Shown: positions 51,652-60,521, numbered from the stretch's first letter. The stretch is DNA of 64,000 nt from Paracidovorax wautersii (GCA_009912175.1 WNDQ01000017.1:2402-66401); one strand, 5' to 3'. Numbers and translations: made by a program. Notes: generated by a model from the letters alone, not told the origin.

Positions 51652-51715
51652 GCACCCAATGTGCCGAAGGTTTCGCGCGGGCGCGAGGGGCGGGGCGCGT
51701 GGTGGTGGCGGGTAC
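51652..51715 (-). promoter_or_regulatory. copy 2 of a ~60-nt element also found upstream of gene V (putative Ogr-dependent late promoter/leader)
   Basis: ~85% identical to 60443-60504. Contains the dyad TCGCGC-CC-GCGCGA. Abuts the H start codon. Confidence 0.5.
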
Positions 51716-53322
51716 GGGAAGAGGCAAAAAGGAACCCATTTGCCTCGGTCGCCGAGGGCCTCGCTGGCACAGCGGCCGGCGGCTACTTCTCGGTGTTCCG
51801 GAATCCGGCAACCGGTCAAGCGTATACATCAATTTATCGGGTCGATCTGGTCGAGGATGTGAAGACCGCTGTTGAGCTGGACCGGTGGATCGATGGCAGG
51901 CAAGTCGAACAGTTGCAGGCCGCACTCCCCACAATCGACAGCGTGGAGGACATTGCCTTTGGCGTCGTCGACAAAGACGGCCGCCGGACCTGGCTGGAAT
52001 CAGACAAGGCCGGCCGCCCCACCGAACGCGCCACAGACCTGATTGCCACAGCAGTGGATATCAAGGGCCGCGCGGCCACTGCAGTCCAGGATGCAGGCCT
52101 GGCCCCCGGGCCGCCCGCTGCCGAATCCCTTGCATTTGCTGTGGTCGATGCGGAAAACCGCCGCACCTGGCTGGAGGCCGGCAAGGATGGGCGCCCCACG
52201 GCCAGGGCCGCCAGCCTCATTGCCGAGGCCGTCGACATCGATGGCGCGGCCGCGGCGGCGGTTGATACCGCTGGCCTAGGCAACGGCGATGGCGAGGCAT
52301 CTGGCTTAGCCTTCGCCGTCTGTGACAAGGATGGTCGGCGCACCTGGCTGGAGGCCGGTCTCGACGGCAAGCCCACGCTGCGCGCCGCCTCACTGCTCGG
52401 GTCCATGCTCAACCTGCCCAGCGAGGTCCCTGCTCAGTACCGAAGCACCTACGCCGCTACGGCAGTCAAGATCGCCTGCGGCCCCGACATCATCTGCTGG
52501 GGCGACTCCATGACTGCGGGCGCCGGCGGCAATGGCACAACGTACCCCAATGTGCTGCAGTCCCTGCTGGCAGCTGCGGGCAGTAGCGCTACGGTGCGTA
52601 ACGCAGGCGTCGGCGGCGAATCATCTGTCACCATCACCGCCCGCAGCGGAGCCAACCCCTTCATCCTTCTGCCCACCACGGGCGAGATTCCGGCAAGTGG
52701 TGGCGTCACGGTGTCGCTGGAGGCGATCAACGGCTATGCACCGGCTCCCCTGTTCCAGGGCACCGGCACGCCGGGCACATCCTTCAGCGGCTACCTCGCG
52801 GGCGTGCTGGGAACGCTTAGCCGATCCGAGACGGATGGCGTGAGCACGTACACCTTCACGCGGTCCACAGCGGGCGCCGCCGTCAGCGTGGCACGCCCGC
52901 AGCCCTTTCGCACACTGTTTTCGGAGGCCCGGCGCGAGGACATCCAGATCATCTGGATCGGTCAGAACGGCCCCGGCAATGCCCGCGCGATCCAGGATGC
53001 CAGGGCCATCATCAATCACTGCAAGGCGCTGGACAAGCGCTACCTGGTCATCTCCAAGCCGGGCGGCACCTCCGCTGCGGATGTCGACGACGCGGCATTC
53101 TTCGCCGAGTTCGGCCGCCGCTTCATCCCGATCCGTCAATACATGGTCCGCTTCGGCTTGGCCGATGCGGGCATCGAACCCACAGAGGGCGATCTCACCG
53201 ACATCGCTGCGGGGACGGTCCCGCGTTCGATACGGGTGGACTCAGTCCACTGGATCGCCGCTGGCTACACGATTCTCGGAAACCTCATTTATCAACGCCT
53301 CAACGAACTTGGATGGGTATAA
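51661..53322 (+). CDS. SGNH/GDSL hydrolase-domain protein with three 59-aa tandem repeats (start uncertain)
   Basis: FASVAEGLAGTAAGGYFSV tail-fibre-like N-motif. 3x [IL]AF[GA]V[VC]D..RRTWLE..G.PT.RA. SGNH blocks ICWGDS, NAGVGGE, IGQNG, DSVHW. GTG 51661 is the first in-frame start outside gene H. No ATG before aa ~384. Confidence 0.55.
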   Translation: MPKVSRGREGRGAWWWRVREEAKRNPFASVAEGLAGTAAGGYFSVFRNPATGQAYTSIYRVDLVEDVKTAVELDRWIDGRQVEQLQAALPTIDSVEDIAFGVVDKDGRRTWLESDKAGRPTERATDLIATAVDIKGRAATAVQDAGLAPGPPAAESLAFAVVDAENRRTWLEAGKDGRPTARAASLIAEAVDIDGAAAAAVDTAGLGNGDGEASGLAFAVCDKDGRRTWLEAGLDGKPTLRAASLLGSMLNLPSEVPAQYRSTYAATAVKIACGPDIICWGDSMTAGAGGNGTTYPNVLQSLLAAAGSSATVRNAGVGGESSVTITARSGANPFILLPTTGEIPASGGVTVSLEAINGYAPAPLFQGTGTPGTSFSGYLAGVLGTLSRSETDGVSTYTFTRSTAGAAVSVARPQPFRTLFSEARREDIQIIWIGQNGPGNARAIQDARAIINHCKALDKRYLVISKPGGTSAADVDDAAFFAEFGRRFIPIRQYMVRFGLADAGIEPTEGDLTDIAAGTVPRSIRVDSVHWIAAGYTILGNLIYQRLNELGWV

Positions 53323-53324
53323 CC

Positions 53325-54185
53325 ATGAGCCGCTTCATTCGCCTCGACATCGAGCTGACCGACAAAACCGCCCCGAAGGTGCCGACCATTGACCCCATCG
53401 AAACCGATGGAAGCATCTTTTTGTGGGATGCGGCCATTGCGTCCCTTGAGGCCGTTCCCGCCAACGGTGTGCATATGGCCAACCAGCTATTGGATCTGGG
53501 GCAAGCCACAACGGGTACAGACACTTATTTCTTTGCGACATCAAACCCCTCGACTCCAGCTGCGTCACTGTTCACGGAAGTCACCGCCAAGGGCGGCATC
53601 CATGTCCTGCCCTCGCAAGTCAATCAAACCGGGTCGAACGAGGCCTGGCGTATGGCCTCTAACAGTAATCTGACCGCTTGGCTCAACAGCCACCCGGACA
53701 AGTCTCTGTATGTCAGCGTGTGGCGGCGGATCACTCGCGCAAAAGTCGCCGGAAAAATCAGCAGCACGTTCCATCAGGCGATGAACACGACGAACTATCG
53801 CTGGCACATGCAGGGAGGAACACGGCTCTATCCTGAAACGATCACCGAGCTTCGGAGCACCCCTGCCGGGTCTGATGAGCTGTCCAGCAACGTGGGGCAG
53901 CCGAGCATCCGCAATGGCCGTGTGGACGGCAGCCAGGGCACAGGCGTGACCAGTGTTTCATATCCGGTGGAGCTGGGGTCAGGCACATTCGGAGCGTGGG
54001 CGGGAACCGCCTTGAATTCGTCCCCCGGCATGGTCATCTACCGCCTTTACCTCGAAGACCTCGATCAATCGGGCCGCACCTACGAAGAGGTGGACGCCAT
54101 CGACTATGCGCTGTTCCAGGCCGCATTCGCCGAGGGCGGGAAGTTCCATGGGGATACCTGGACGGATCCGGCGACGTTCCCGTGA
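53325..54185 (+). CDS. hypothetical protein (286 aa), lower GC
   Basis: ATG 53325, 2 nt after the upstream TAA: MSRFIRLDIELTDKTAPKVPTIDPIETDGSIFLWD... No family recognised. Confidence 0.5.
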   Translation: MSRFIRLDIELTDKTAPKVPTIDPIETDGSIFLWDAAIASLEAVPANGVHMANQLLDLGQATTGTDTYFFATSNPSTPAASLFTEVTAKGGIHVLPSQVNQTGSNEAWRMASNSNLTAWLNSHPDKSLYVSVWRRITRAKVAGKISSTFHQAMNTTNYRWHMQGGTRLYPETITELRSTPAGSDELSSNVGQPSIRNGRVDGSQGTGVTSVSYPVELGSGTFGAWAGTALNSSPGMVIYRLYLEDLDQSGRTYEEVDAIDYALFQAAFAEGGKFHGDTWTDPATFP

Positions 54186-54212
54186 GCTATTCTTGCCGCA
54201 TTTGGAGGTTGC

Positions 54213-54467
54213 ATGTCTATCGATGACACCCTGTGGATACGGTACACAAAGGGCGGCAAGAAGATGCTCGCGCTTATTGATCAACCTGCCCCTATGTCGA
54301 ATCAGGCGCGGCGGGGCGCTGCACTGTCCCAGTTGCTGCGATCGCATCCAAACGTTTTTGGGTGCGAGAAATTGGAGGTTCTGGAGCGCCTTGCCGCTGA
54401 AATGGGCTACACCGATATCACGGTCGGGGTCGGCACGCCGCCGAGGCTGAACGATCAACAGCCGTAA
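54213..54467 (+). CDS. hypothetical small protein (84 aa)
   Basis: GGAGG upstream of the ATG: MSIDDTLWIRYTKGGKKMLALIDQ... No family recognised. Confidence 0.4.
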   Translation: MSIDDTLWIRYTKGGKKMLALIDQPAPMSNQARRGAALSQLLRSHPNVFGCEKLEVLERLAAEMGYTDITVGVGTPPRLNDQQP

Positions 54468-54579
54468 CGGCACCATAGGGAATCAGCACAGCCCGCCGGA
54501 TGGCTGTTAGATTCCGTCCGTCGCGGTCCAAGCGGTAAACGCCCGCTTTCTCCCTCCCTCCTCCGTGCCTCGACATTTG

Positions 54580-54601
54580 GCCCGCCTCGTGCGGGCTTTT
54601 T
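54580..54601 (+). terminator. terminator between the convergent plus-strand cassette and the 1059-aa gene
   Basis: GCCCGC-CTCGT-GCGGGC followed by TTTTT. GTGCGGGCTTTT is repeated again at ~54625. Confidence 0.55.
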
Positions 54602-54641
54602 CTTCACAGCACGCGAACGATTGTGCGGGCTTTTACTTACC

Positions 54642-57600
54642 TTACAAGCGCGCAACCCGCTCAATAGCCGCGCTCAGGATCGGTGCGATGCCGCGCCGGA
54701 CCGTCGCGCTCAGGTGCACAGAATCGAACAGGATCGATCGCGGGTAGAGACCCGATGCAATGTCGGCTTGGTCCTGTGCATATCCACTCGCTGACGGGTC
54801 AGTGATCCCGTATTTTGCGACCGCCGGCTGAATGTCCACGACATGCACCGATCCGTATTTCGCGGCGATTGCGTTATACAGGTTGGTCATGTCGTTGTAG
54901 GTAGTGGTGTCGACAAGGCCAGCAATCTGCCCATTGCGAATCCACAGCCACCGGTTGTGCCCAAGCGCAGCGACGATCTGTGCAATGTAGTCCAGTTCGA
55001 TTGCATACTGCCCGTTCGTGTGGTCGTTCGGCGAGCCATCCCACATCACCAGCGTATGCGGAAGACGTGCGGTATCGCTCGTGATCCGGGTGACCATTTC
55101 GGCCATCGTGGACCCGCCGACGCCGGTGTTTACGACCGTATAGCCGAGGTCCTCCAACATCAGCCCAATGCCCGTGGAGCTGTTGCCGCTGTAGCTGTCG
55201 CCTTCTGGCCGGACGATGGTCTTGATGCTGCTGGTTCGGCGCTTCATCCACGCCAGCGATTCGCAGCCCGACAGGATGCGGACCGAGCTGATCGTGCCGC
55301 CGAAAGCCTCGCCGGTATAGCTGCGGCCGATTCGGAAATTGTAGAAGCCCACGCACCCCACGAGATCGATTGCCGCGCCCTCCCCATTCACCGCGCCCAT
55401 CATCTGCGTGCGGCTCAGGCCGGCGGCGATTTTCATCGTTGCCCCGGCGGCCACGGTTCCGATCTGAACATCAGTCGCCACTGCCACACTGCTGCCATAA
55501 GCGACGTTGTGCAGCAGATAGACCGAACCTCCACTGCGCAGCTCGATGCGCCACCGGTGATACTCGCTGCCGATGTCGCCCTGCGCAATTACCTCGGTTG
55601 TCTCCGGCAGCGCGGCCGGAGCAACGCATTCCATCTCCAGCGTCATGTTGCCATTCGGGAAGCTGAGAGCGGGCCACACCTCGTGTAGTTGCGGCACGCT
55701 CCAGTAGCTCGTGCGCACCGCCGTGATCTTGCCGCCCACCCACGCCTGACCAATGATCGGGCACCCGATGCACGACAGCGTGCGGCCCGTCGTATTGGCC
55801 GCAAGCGCACTGCTGACGCCGGTGCCAAGCGCTGCATTTGCGTTGGAGATCATGGCGCGAGCGGATGCCGAAGAATCAGTGTCTTTAGCATACAGCGACA
55901 GCTGCACGGCTCGGCCCGCCATTCCTACCAGTCGATGCGAGAACGACCCGGGCGACGTCGATGTTCCAAGCGCCAGCACGCCGTCCGTGATCGTTCCCGA
56001 GGCGTTGGTGACAGTCTCGAACTCGGACATCGAGCTGATCAAGTTGTCGTTGGACACATAGCCGTCCAGCGAGTACGTGTCGCCCGAAATCGAGCCGCCA
56101 GCTGCTGCAAGAAGATCTGACTGCGTTGGGTAGAGCGTCCCGTTGAAATAGTGCACACCAGCAGCGCTGACGAAATACGGGGCGCATGCAGAGTCAGCGC
56201 TTGGCAGCAGCAAGTCGTCGACCGGTCCGGTCACCGTAGTACCCGCAACAAGCCCAGCAGCCCTCATCGCGTGCTGCAGCCCAGCGACAAGCGGTGCAAC
56301 GCTTCCACCGGCGAGCGCAACGCGGGCATTGTCAATGTTGGCCCGCACAGGCACGTAGCTGTCACCCATGTCCGGCAGCAGCACAACGGATGTGATGTAT
56401 TTCGACGCCCACGGGACTCCGCCATCGGATGCCAGGTTGATCGTATTGACGCTGGCCAAAGCCGAGCGCAGCAGGCTTGACGTGCCGCCCGCATAGACCA
56501 CTGCGATTTTGTCGGAGGTTCTGCTGCCAATGTCTGTGATGTCGATGCTGACCGCATCAGCGGAGCGGGTGCCGATGCACGGGCTGGACGCTACCGCTCC
56601 GGTCTCAACCTGGGCATGCCATATGTTGATCCCAACCGTTCCGCTGGTCTTGGTGTAGTTGCGGTCAGCGTACGTCGTGCCGGATGCACCTTGCAGCAAG
56701 ATCGAGCAGGTGGCTATGCTGACAGCGGTAAACGTCACAGATGCGCGATACCAGCCGTTTGCCAGCGCCTCGACCGCTACGGTGGTTCCGCTGACGCCGG
56801 CCGCGAGGGTGATCGTGCCGGCACTCAGGTCCACCGCGCCGCAAGCCTCAGCAGACATCCCCGCACCGCTGACACGCAGCATTGCAGCCGGACGTCCGCC
56901 CAACTTGAAATGCACGGACGCGGTGTATTGCTGCCCTGCGGCCGGCGTGAACGACCACTGCAGTACACCCTGGGATGCACTCTCGACGATGCTGTACGCC
57001 CCCGAAGAGGTGCCATTTGGCGTGGTGCCCGAGTACGCGGATACCGTGGCGCTGGGGCTACCGTAGGGGCTCCAGGAAGTGAAGGCGCGTGGGTATGTGC
57101 ACAAATTGGTCGCCGCGCTCTCGATGATCGCGCCACGATCCGTGAATCGCAGTTTGTTGGCCGCAAAGGTCTCGTAGACACCTGCCTTTGTCAAAGCCAG
57201 AGCCTCAGTCTCCCGCGAAACCACAAACTGCACGAAGTCATTGGCATCGGCATGGTGCTCAGTTCCAAGCCGGAACCGGCCCTCCGGAAAGTTGAACATC
57301 AAGCCGGAAGAAACAAACGCCGCGATCTGCGCTCCATCCTCGTAACCCAGATCGCTGGCTTCTCGCACCGACAGCGCTAGAGCCGCATCGCTGCCTGAAA
57401 TATCAGAAACCGTGGCCTTGACGGCCTTGACCTCCCACCCATCAGCCCACTGCCAGGCGAACACCAAGCCATCACCGACGCGCTTGAAAACGGATGCATA
57501 CGCTAGATCGTCCGTCGAATTCGGCAGGATCGTGCACAGCTTTCCGTCCTCGACGCCGGTCGTCTGATCGAGGGCCATGGCCTTGGTGGCAAATACGTTC

Positions 57601-57821
57601 CCTTGTGCCGCAACGAGCTGCGCTGCGGCTTCTGCTTTCTCCTGGGCCTCCAACACGATTCCCACTGCCCCTGAGTTGCGCAACTCTTCGTTGATCTTGC
57701 GCAGGTTGGGCATGGTGCCGGACTCGGTTTCGATGTCGCCGGCGGGGTCGTTGATGAATTTGTGTAGGGTGTCGACGCTTTCGCCGAAGGGCGCGACTTT
57801 GCCGTCCAGGGGTGAGGTCAT
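54642..57821 (-). CDS. 1059-aa tailspike/side-fibre-like protein with C-terminal SGNH esterase domain
   Basis: ATG 57821 is ATGA-coupled to the gpI stop, the slot held by H in P2. The N-terminus is unlike gpH. C-terminal blocks EGDSYSG, NTGVGGS, WDGSPND, FDSVHLS. The ORF-track extension to 58196 overlaps gpI and is Arg/Pro junk. Confidence 0.7.
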   Translation of the reverse strand: MTSPLDGKVAPFGESVDTLHKFINDPAGDIETESGTMPNLRKINEELRNSGAVGIVLEAQEKAEAAAQLVAAQGNVFATKAMALDQTTGVEDGKLCTILPNSTDDLAYASVFKRVGDGLVFAWQWADGWEVKAVKATVSDISGSDAALALSVREASDLGYEDGAQIAAFVSSGLMFNFPEGRFRLGTEHHADANDFVQFVVSRETEALALTKAGVYETFAANKLRFTDRGAIIESAATNLCTYPRAFTSWSPYGSPSATVSAYSGTTPNGTSSGAYSIVESASQGVLQWSFTPAAGQQYTASVHFKLGGRPAAMLRVSGAGMSAEACGAVDLSAGTITLAAGVSGTTVAVEALANGWYRASVTFTAVSIATCSILLQGASGTTYADRNYTKTSGTVGINIWHAQVETGAVASSPCIGTRSADAVSIDITDIGSRTSDKIAVVYAGGTSSLLRSALASVNTINLASDGGVPWASKYITSVVLLPDMGDSYVPVRANIDNARVALAGGSVAPLVAGLQHAMRAAGLVAGTTVTGPVDDLLLPSADSACAPYFVSAAGVHYFNGTLYPTQSDLLAAAGGSISGDTYSLDGYVSNDNLISSMSEFETVTNASGTITDGVLALGTSTSPGSFSHRLVGMAGRAVQLSLYAKDTDSSASARAMISNANAALGTGVSSALAANTTGRTLSCIGCPIIGQAWVGGKITAVRTSYWSVPQLHEVWPALSFPNGNMTLEMECVAPAALPETTEVIAQGDIGSEYHRWRIELRSGGSVYLLHNVAYGSSVAVATDVQIGTVAAGATMKIAAGLSRTQMMGAVNGEGAAIDLVGCVGFYNFRIGRSYTGEAFGGTISSVRILSGCESLAWMKRRTSSIKTIVRPEGDSYSGNSSTGIGLMLEDLGYTVVNTGVGGSTMAEMVTRITSDTARLPHTLVMWDGSPNDHTNGQYAIELDYIAQIVAALGHNRWLWIRNGQIAGLVDTTTYNDMTNLYNAIAAKYGSVHVVDIQPAVAKYGITDPSASGYAQDQADIASGLYPRSILFDSVHLSATVRRGIAPILSAAIERVARL

Positions 57822-58504
57822 AGGTCGGTGGGGATGGAGAGGTTTGCGGGCATGGCAGCGACGATGGCGTTGACGGTGTCGACGGCTTCGCCCGTGGCGT
57901 CGTAGCCGTTGACGGCGCCGTCGATCATGAGATCGAGGGCGCTGGTACCGTCGAGGTAATGGGGGGTGCCGTCGCTGACGGTGGCGGTGGTGCCGGTGAG
58001 GGCGATGCTGGCCATGGCCAGGCTGTCGGTGGAGCGGATGGCGATGTCGACGCCGGCGAGGTGGGAGCGGAGGTTTTTGTAGCGCTCTGCGACGTTGCGG
58101 ATGGTGGCCAGTTGCTGCTGGTTGAATCCGAGCTGTTCGGCCTCGATGCCCAGGCGGAAGGTGTAGGGATCGGCGGCCGGGGTTTGCTGATACCACTCCT
58201 GCACGGTGGCCTGCAGGCCCATGGCGGTGATGGCGCTTTGCACGGCGCCGTAGGTGCCTTTGTAGCGCTTGACTTGGATGGATTGGGCGATGACGTCGCG
58301 CTTGACCTGGGGGGTCCAGGTGTCATCCCATTCGTCGACGGCGTAGGCGTAGGCGAGCCAGGGGAGCAGGGCTTCGGGGCAGGTGTAGGGGTTCCAGACG
58401 CTGCGGATGGGCGCGGGGATGTCGCTTATGTTGGCGACGACGAGGGCGGCGGCGCGGTCGAGGTCGGTGGCGTTGGGGGGCAGGAGGGTGGCGGCGTTGG
58501 TCAT
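57818..58504 (-). CDS. gpI: baseplate protein gpI
   Basis: 228 aa; LLPPNATDLDRAAA...WNPYTCPEALLPWLAYAYAVDEWD...KRYKGTYGAV typical phage tail protein I. Confidence 0.85.
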   Translation of the reverse strand: MTNAATLLPPNATDLDRAAALVVANISDIPAPIRSVWNPYTCPEALLPWLAYAYAVDEWDDTWTPQVKRDVIAQSIQVKRYKGTYGAVQSAITAMGLQATVQEWYQQTPAADPYTFRLGIEAEQLGFNQQQLATIRNVAERYKNLRSHLAGVDIAIRSTDSLAMASIALTGTTATVSDGTPHYLDGTSALDLMIDGAVNGYDATGEAVDTVNAIVAAMPANLSIPTDL

Positions 58505-59406
58505 GCTGCGACCTCGGCGGTGATGTTGATGGCGGTGCAGTAGGCGGCCTGGCCGGGGCTGAGATCCATGTCTGCGGTGGGTTCGACCAGGGTTGCGCGC
58601 AGGACGCCGGGCTGGTGGAGGGCGCGGTAGATGCCGCTGATGCTGGGGTCTGCGTCGAGGCGGTGGACGCTATCGGCGTAGGTTTGGGCGGCATCGAGGG
58701 CATCGGTTTGTACGACTGCCGGGTCGCTGCCTTTGTCGACGTAGATGGTGGCTTGGATGGTGTAGCCGACGATGCTGCCGGATAGCACGGTGACGTGGTC
58801 GGTTAGGGGGCGGACGGTGTCTTCGGCGAGGGCGGCGCGGACTGTTTCGAGCAGGTCTTCGCTGGCGGTGCCGTCGCCGGTGCGGGAGAGGATGTAGACG
58901 GTGACGTAGCCGGGTTCGGGGCTGGTGGCCGAGACGTCGAGGACCTGGCCGCTGGCGGATTTGGCGTGGTAGATGTAGCTGGCGGTGCTGCCGGCTGTGG
59001 TGTAGGAGTCGAGGCTGAGCAGGATGCGTTCGCGGAAGTCGTCGTCGGATTCCATGACGGCTTCGACGGGCGGGACGGCGGTGCTGTCGGCCGGGGTGAT
59101 GACGAGGCGGGTGACGTTGTAGCCGTAGTTGATGGCGAGCTGATCGATGTCGCTGCCCTGGGCCTGGGCGAGCATGACGGCGCGGGCGGCGTCGTTGACG
59201 CGCTGGCGCAGCAGCAATTCTCGGTAGACGGCGACTTGCAGCCACTTGGCGAGGGGTTCGGATTCGAGGGCGAGGGTGGCGGTGATGGTGGCCTGCTGGT
59301 CGGTGGGCATGGCCGCGATGAGTTCGGCCTTGCGGGTGGCGAGCAGGGTTTCGTAGTCGAGGGACTCGATGATGTTGGGGGCGGGGATTTGGGAGAGGTC
59401 GATCAT
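58501..59406 (-). CDS. gpJ: baseplate wedge protein gpJ
   Basis: ATG 59406: MIDLSQIPAPNIIESLDYETLLATRKAEL... typical baseplate J family. Confidence 0.9.
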   Translation of the reverse strand: MIDLSQIPAPNIIESLDYETLLATRKAELIAAMPTDQQATITATLALESEPLAKWLQVAVYRELLLRQRVNDAARAVMLAQAQGSDIDQLAINYGYNVTRLVITPADSTAVPPVEAVMESDDDFRERILLSLDSYTTAGSTASYIYHAKSASGQVLDVSATSPEPGYVTVYILSRTGDGTASEDLLETVRAALAEDTVRPLTDHVTVLSGSIVGYTIQATIYVDKGSDPAVVQTDALDAAQTYADSVHRLDADPSISGIYRALHQPGVLRATLVEPTADMDLSPGQAAYCTAINITAEVAA

Positions 59407-59750
59407 GACGTGGCGCCCCCGAGCGTGACGGTTTGCGTGGTGCTGGCGGTGGCGGCGACGTCCTTGCGGGTGATGGCGAGGCGGGCGCGGCCCTGGGCGT
59501 CGATGGCGAATGCGACTTTCTGCACGGTGGTGCGAGGTTCCCACTTGGCAATGGCCTGGGCGCTGGCGGCGATGAGGCGCAGTTGGTTTTCCGGAGTGGC
59601 GGGATAGTCGATGAGCTGCGGGATGTAGCTGCCGTAGTTGCGGCGCATGACGCGGGTGCCGATGGGGGTGGTGAGGATGTCGGCGATGGACTGGCTGATG
59701 TGGTCGCGGCGGCTGATGGTGCGGCCGGTGGTGTTGGATATGCCGGTCAT
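59403..59750 (-). CDS. gpW: baseplate protein gpW (GPW/gp25 family)
   Basis: ATG 59750: MTGISNTTGRTISRRDHISQSIADILTTPIGTRVMRRNYGS... Confidence 0.85.
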   Translation of the reverse strand: MTGISNTTGRTISRRDHISQSIADILTTPIGTRVMRRNYGSYIPQLIDYPATPENQLRLIAASAQAIAKWEPRTTVQKVAFAIDAQGRARLAITRKDVAATASTTQTVTLGGATS

Positions 59751-60442
59751 GCGCCGCCCCCGGGTGCATCGGTGTTCTGGCTGCCGCGTTCGATGCCGCC
59801 GTGCGTGTGGCTGGACAGGCTGATGCCGGCGGCGATGACGTCGACGGTGGTTTCGATGGTGCCGGTGATGACGGCGGATGCGCCGCCGCCTTCGCCGGCC
59901 TGGCCGGTCATGCCGGACTGGTAGGCGAACGGTCCGCGCACGGTGCAACTGCCGAGGATGTCGGTGTGGGTGGCGTCGAGCGTGGCCAGGTCGGTGATGA
60001 CGCGGACTTCGGCCGGGGCGGTTACCGTGGCCTTGCCGCCAGCGGGCAGGGTGACGGCCATGGCGTGGGCGGCGTGGTCGTATTCGACGACGGCGCCGTC
60101 GGGGTATTTGGTGACGGTTTTGCCGGGCGAGTCGCTGGGGGCCGGATTGGATGCGCTGGAGACGCCGGGCAGCACGTAGGCGCCGCCGAGTTCGCCGCTG
60201 GGGGAAAAGCAGATGACGGGTTCGCCGACGGTGGGTGGGTTCCAGGTTCGGGTGTCTCCGGCGCGCAGCTCGATCCAGGGCCGCCAGTCGGTTCGGACGC
60301 CTGGGCTGTCGTCTTCGCCGTCGACCAGTTGCACGCGGACGAGGGCGGGCACGGTGGTGAGGTCGACTTCGGCCACGGTGCCGGTGCGCACGATGTTGTG
60401 CAGGCGGCGCAGCAGGTCGGCGAAGGGGGCGGGCGAGTGCAT
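59747..60442 (-). CDS. gpV: baseplate spike/assembly protein gpV
   Basis: 231 aa; LLRRLHNIVRTGTVAEVD...RTDWRPWIELRAG...THGGIERGSQNT pattern. Confidence 0.85.
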   Translation of the reverse strand: MHSPAPFADLLRRLHNIVRTGTVAEVDLTTVPALVRVQLVDGEDDSPGVRTDWRPWIELRAGDTRTWNPPTVGEPVICFSPSGELGGAYVLPGVSSASNPAPSDSPGKTVTKYPDGAVVEYDHAAHAMAVTLPAGGKATVTAPAEVRVITDLATLDATHTDILGSCTVRGPFAYQSGMTGQAGEGGGASAVITGTIETTVDVIAAGISLSSHTHGGIERGSQNTDAPGGGA

Positions 60443-60504
60443 GCCCCGAATGTGCCGGGGCTTTCGCGCGGGCGCGAGGGGTGGGCGATGTGGTGGCGGC
60501 GGGG
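60443..60504 (-). promoter_or_regulatory. copy 1 of the ~60-nt element, at the position of the P2 P_V late promoter
   Basis: Lies between the S stop (60522) and the V start (60442). Dyad TCGCGC-CC-GCGCGA. No Shine-Dalgarno before the V ATG. Confidence 0.5.
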
Positions 60505-60521
60505 ACTGATGCCGGGTGGTA

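Noticed and set aside
51652-54641. Possibility that the opposite-strand cassette is a Gin/Cin-type invertible tail-fibre segment
   Set aside because: No invertase/recombinase gene and no inverted crossover repeats were seen flanking the segment. The plus-strand proteins do not share a constant N-terminal part with gpH.
57822-58196. N-terminal 125-codon extension of the 1184-aa ORF 54642..58196
   Set aside because: It overlaps gpI in another frame and is Arg/Pro/His-rich. The ATG at 57821 is ATGA-coupled to the gpI stop and begins sensible sequence.
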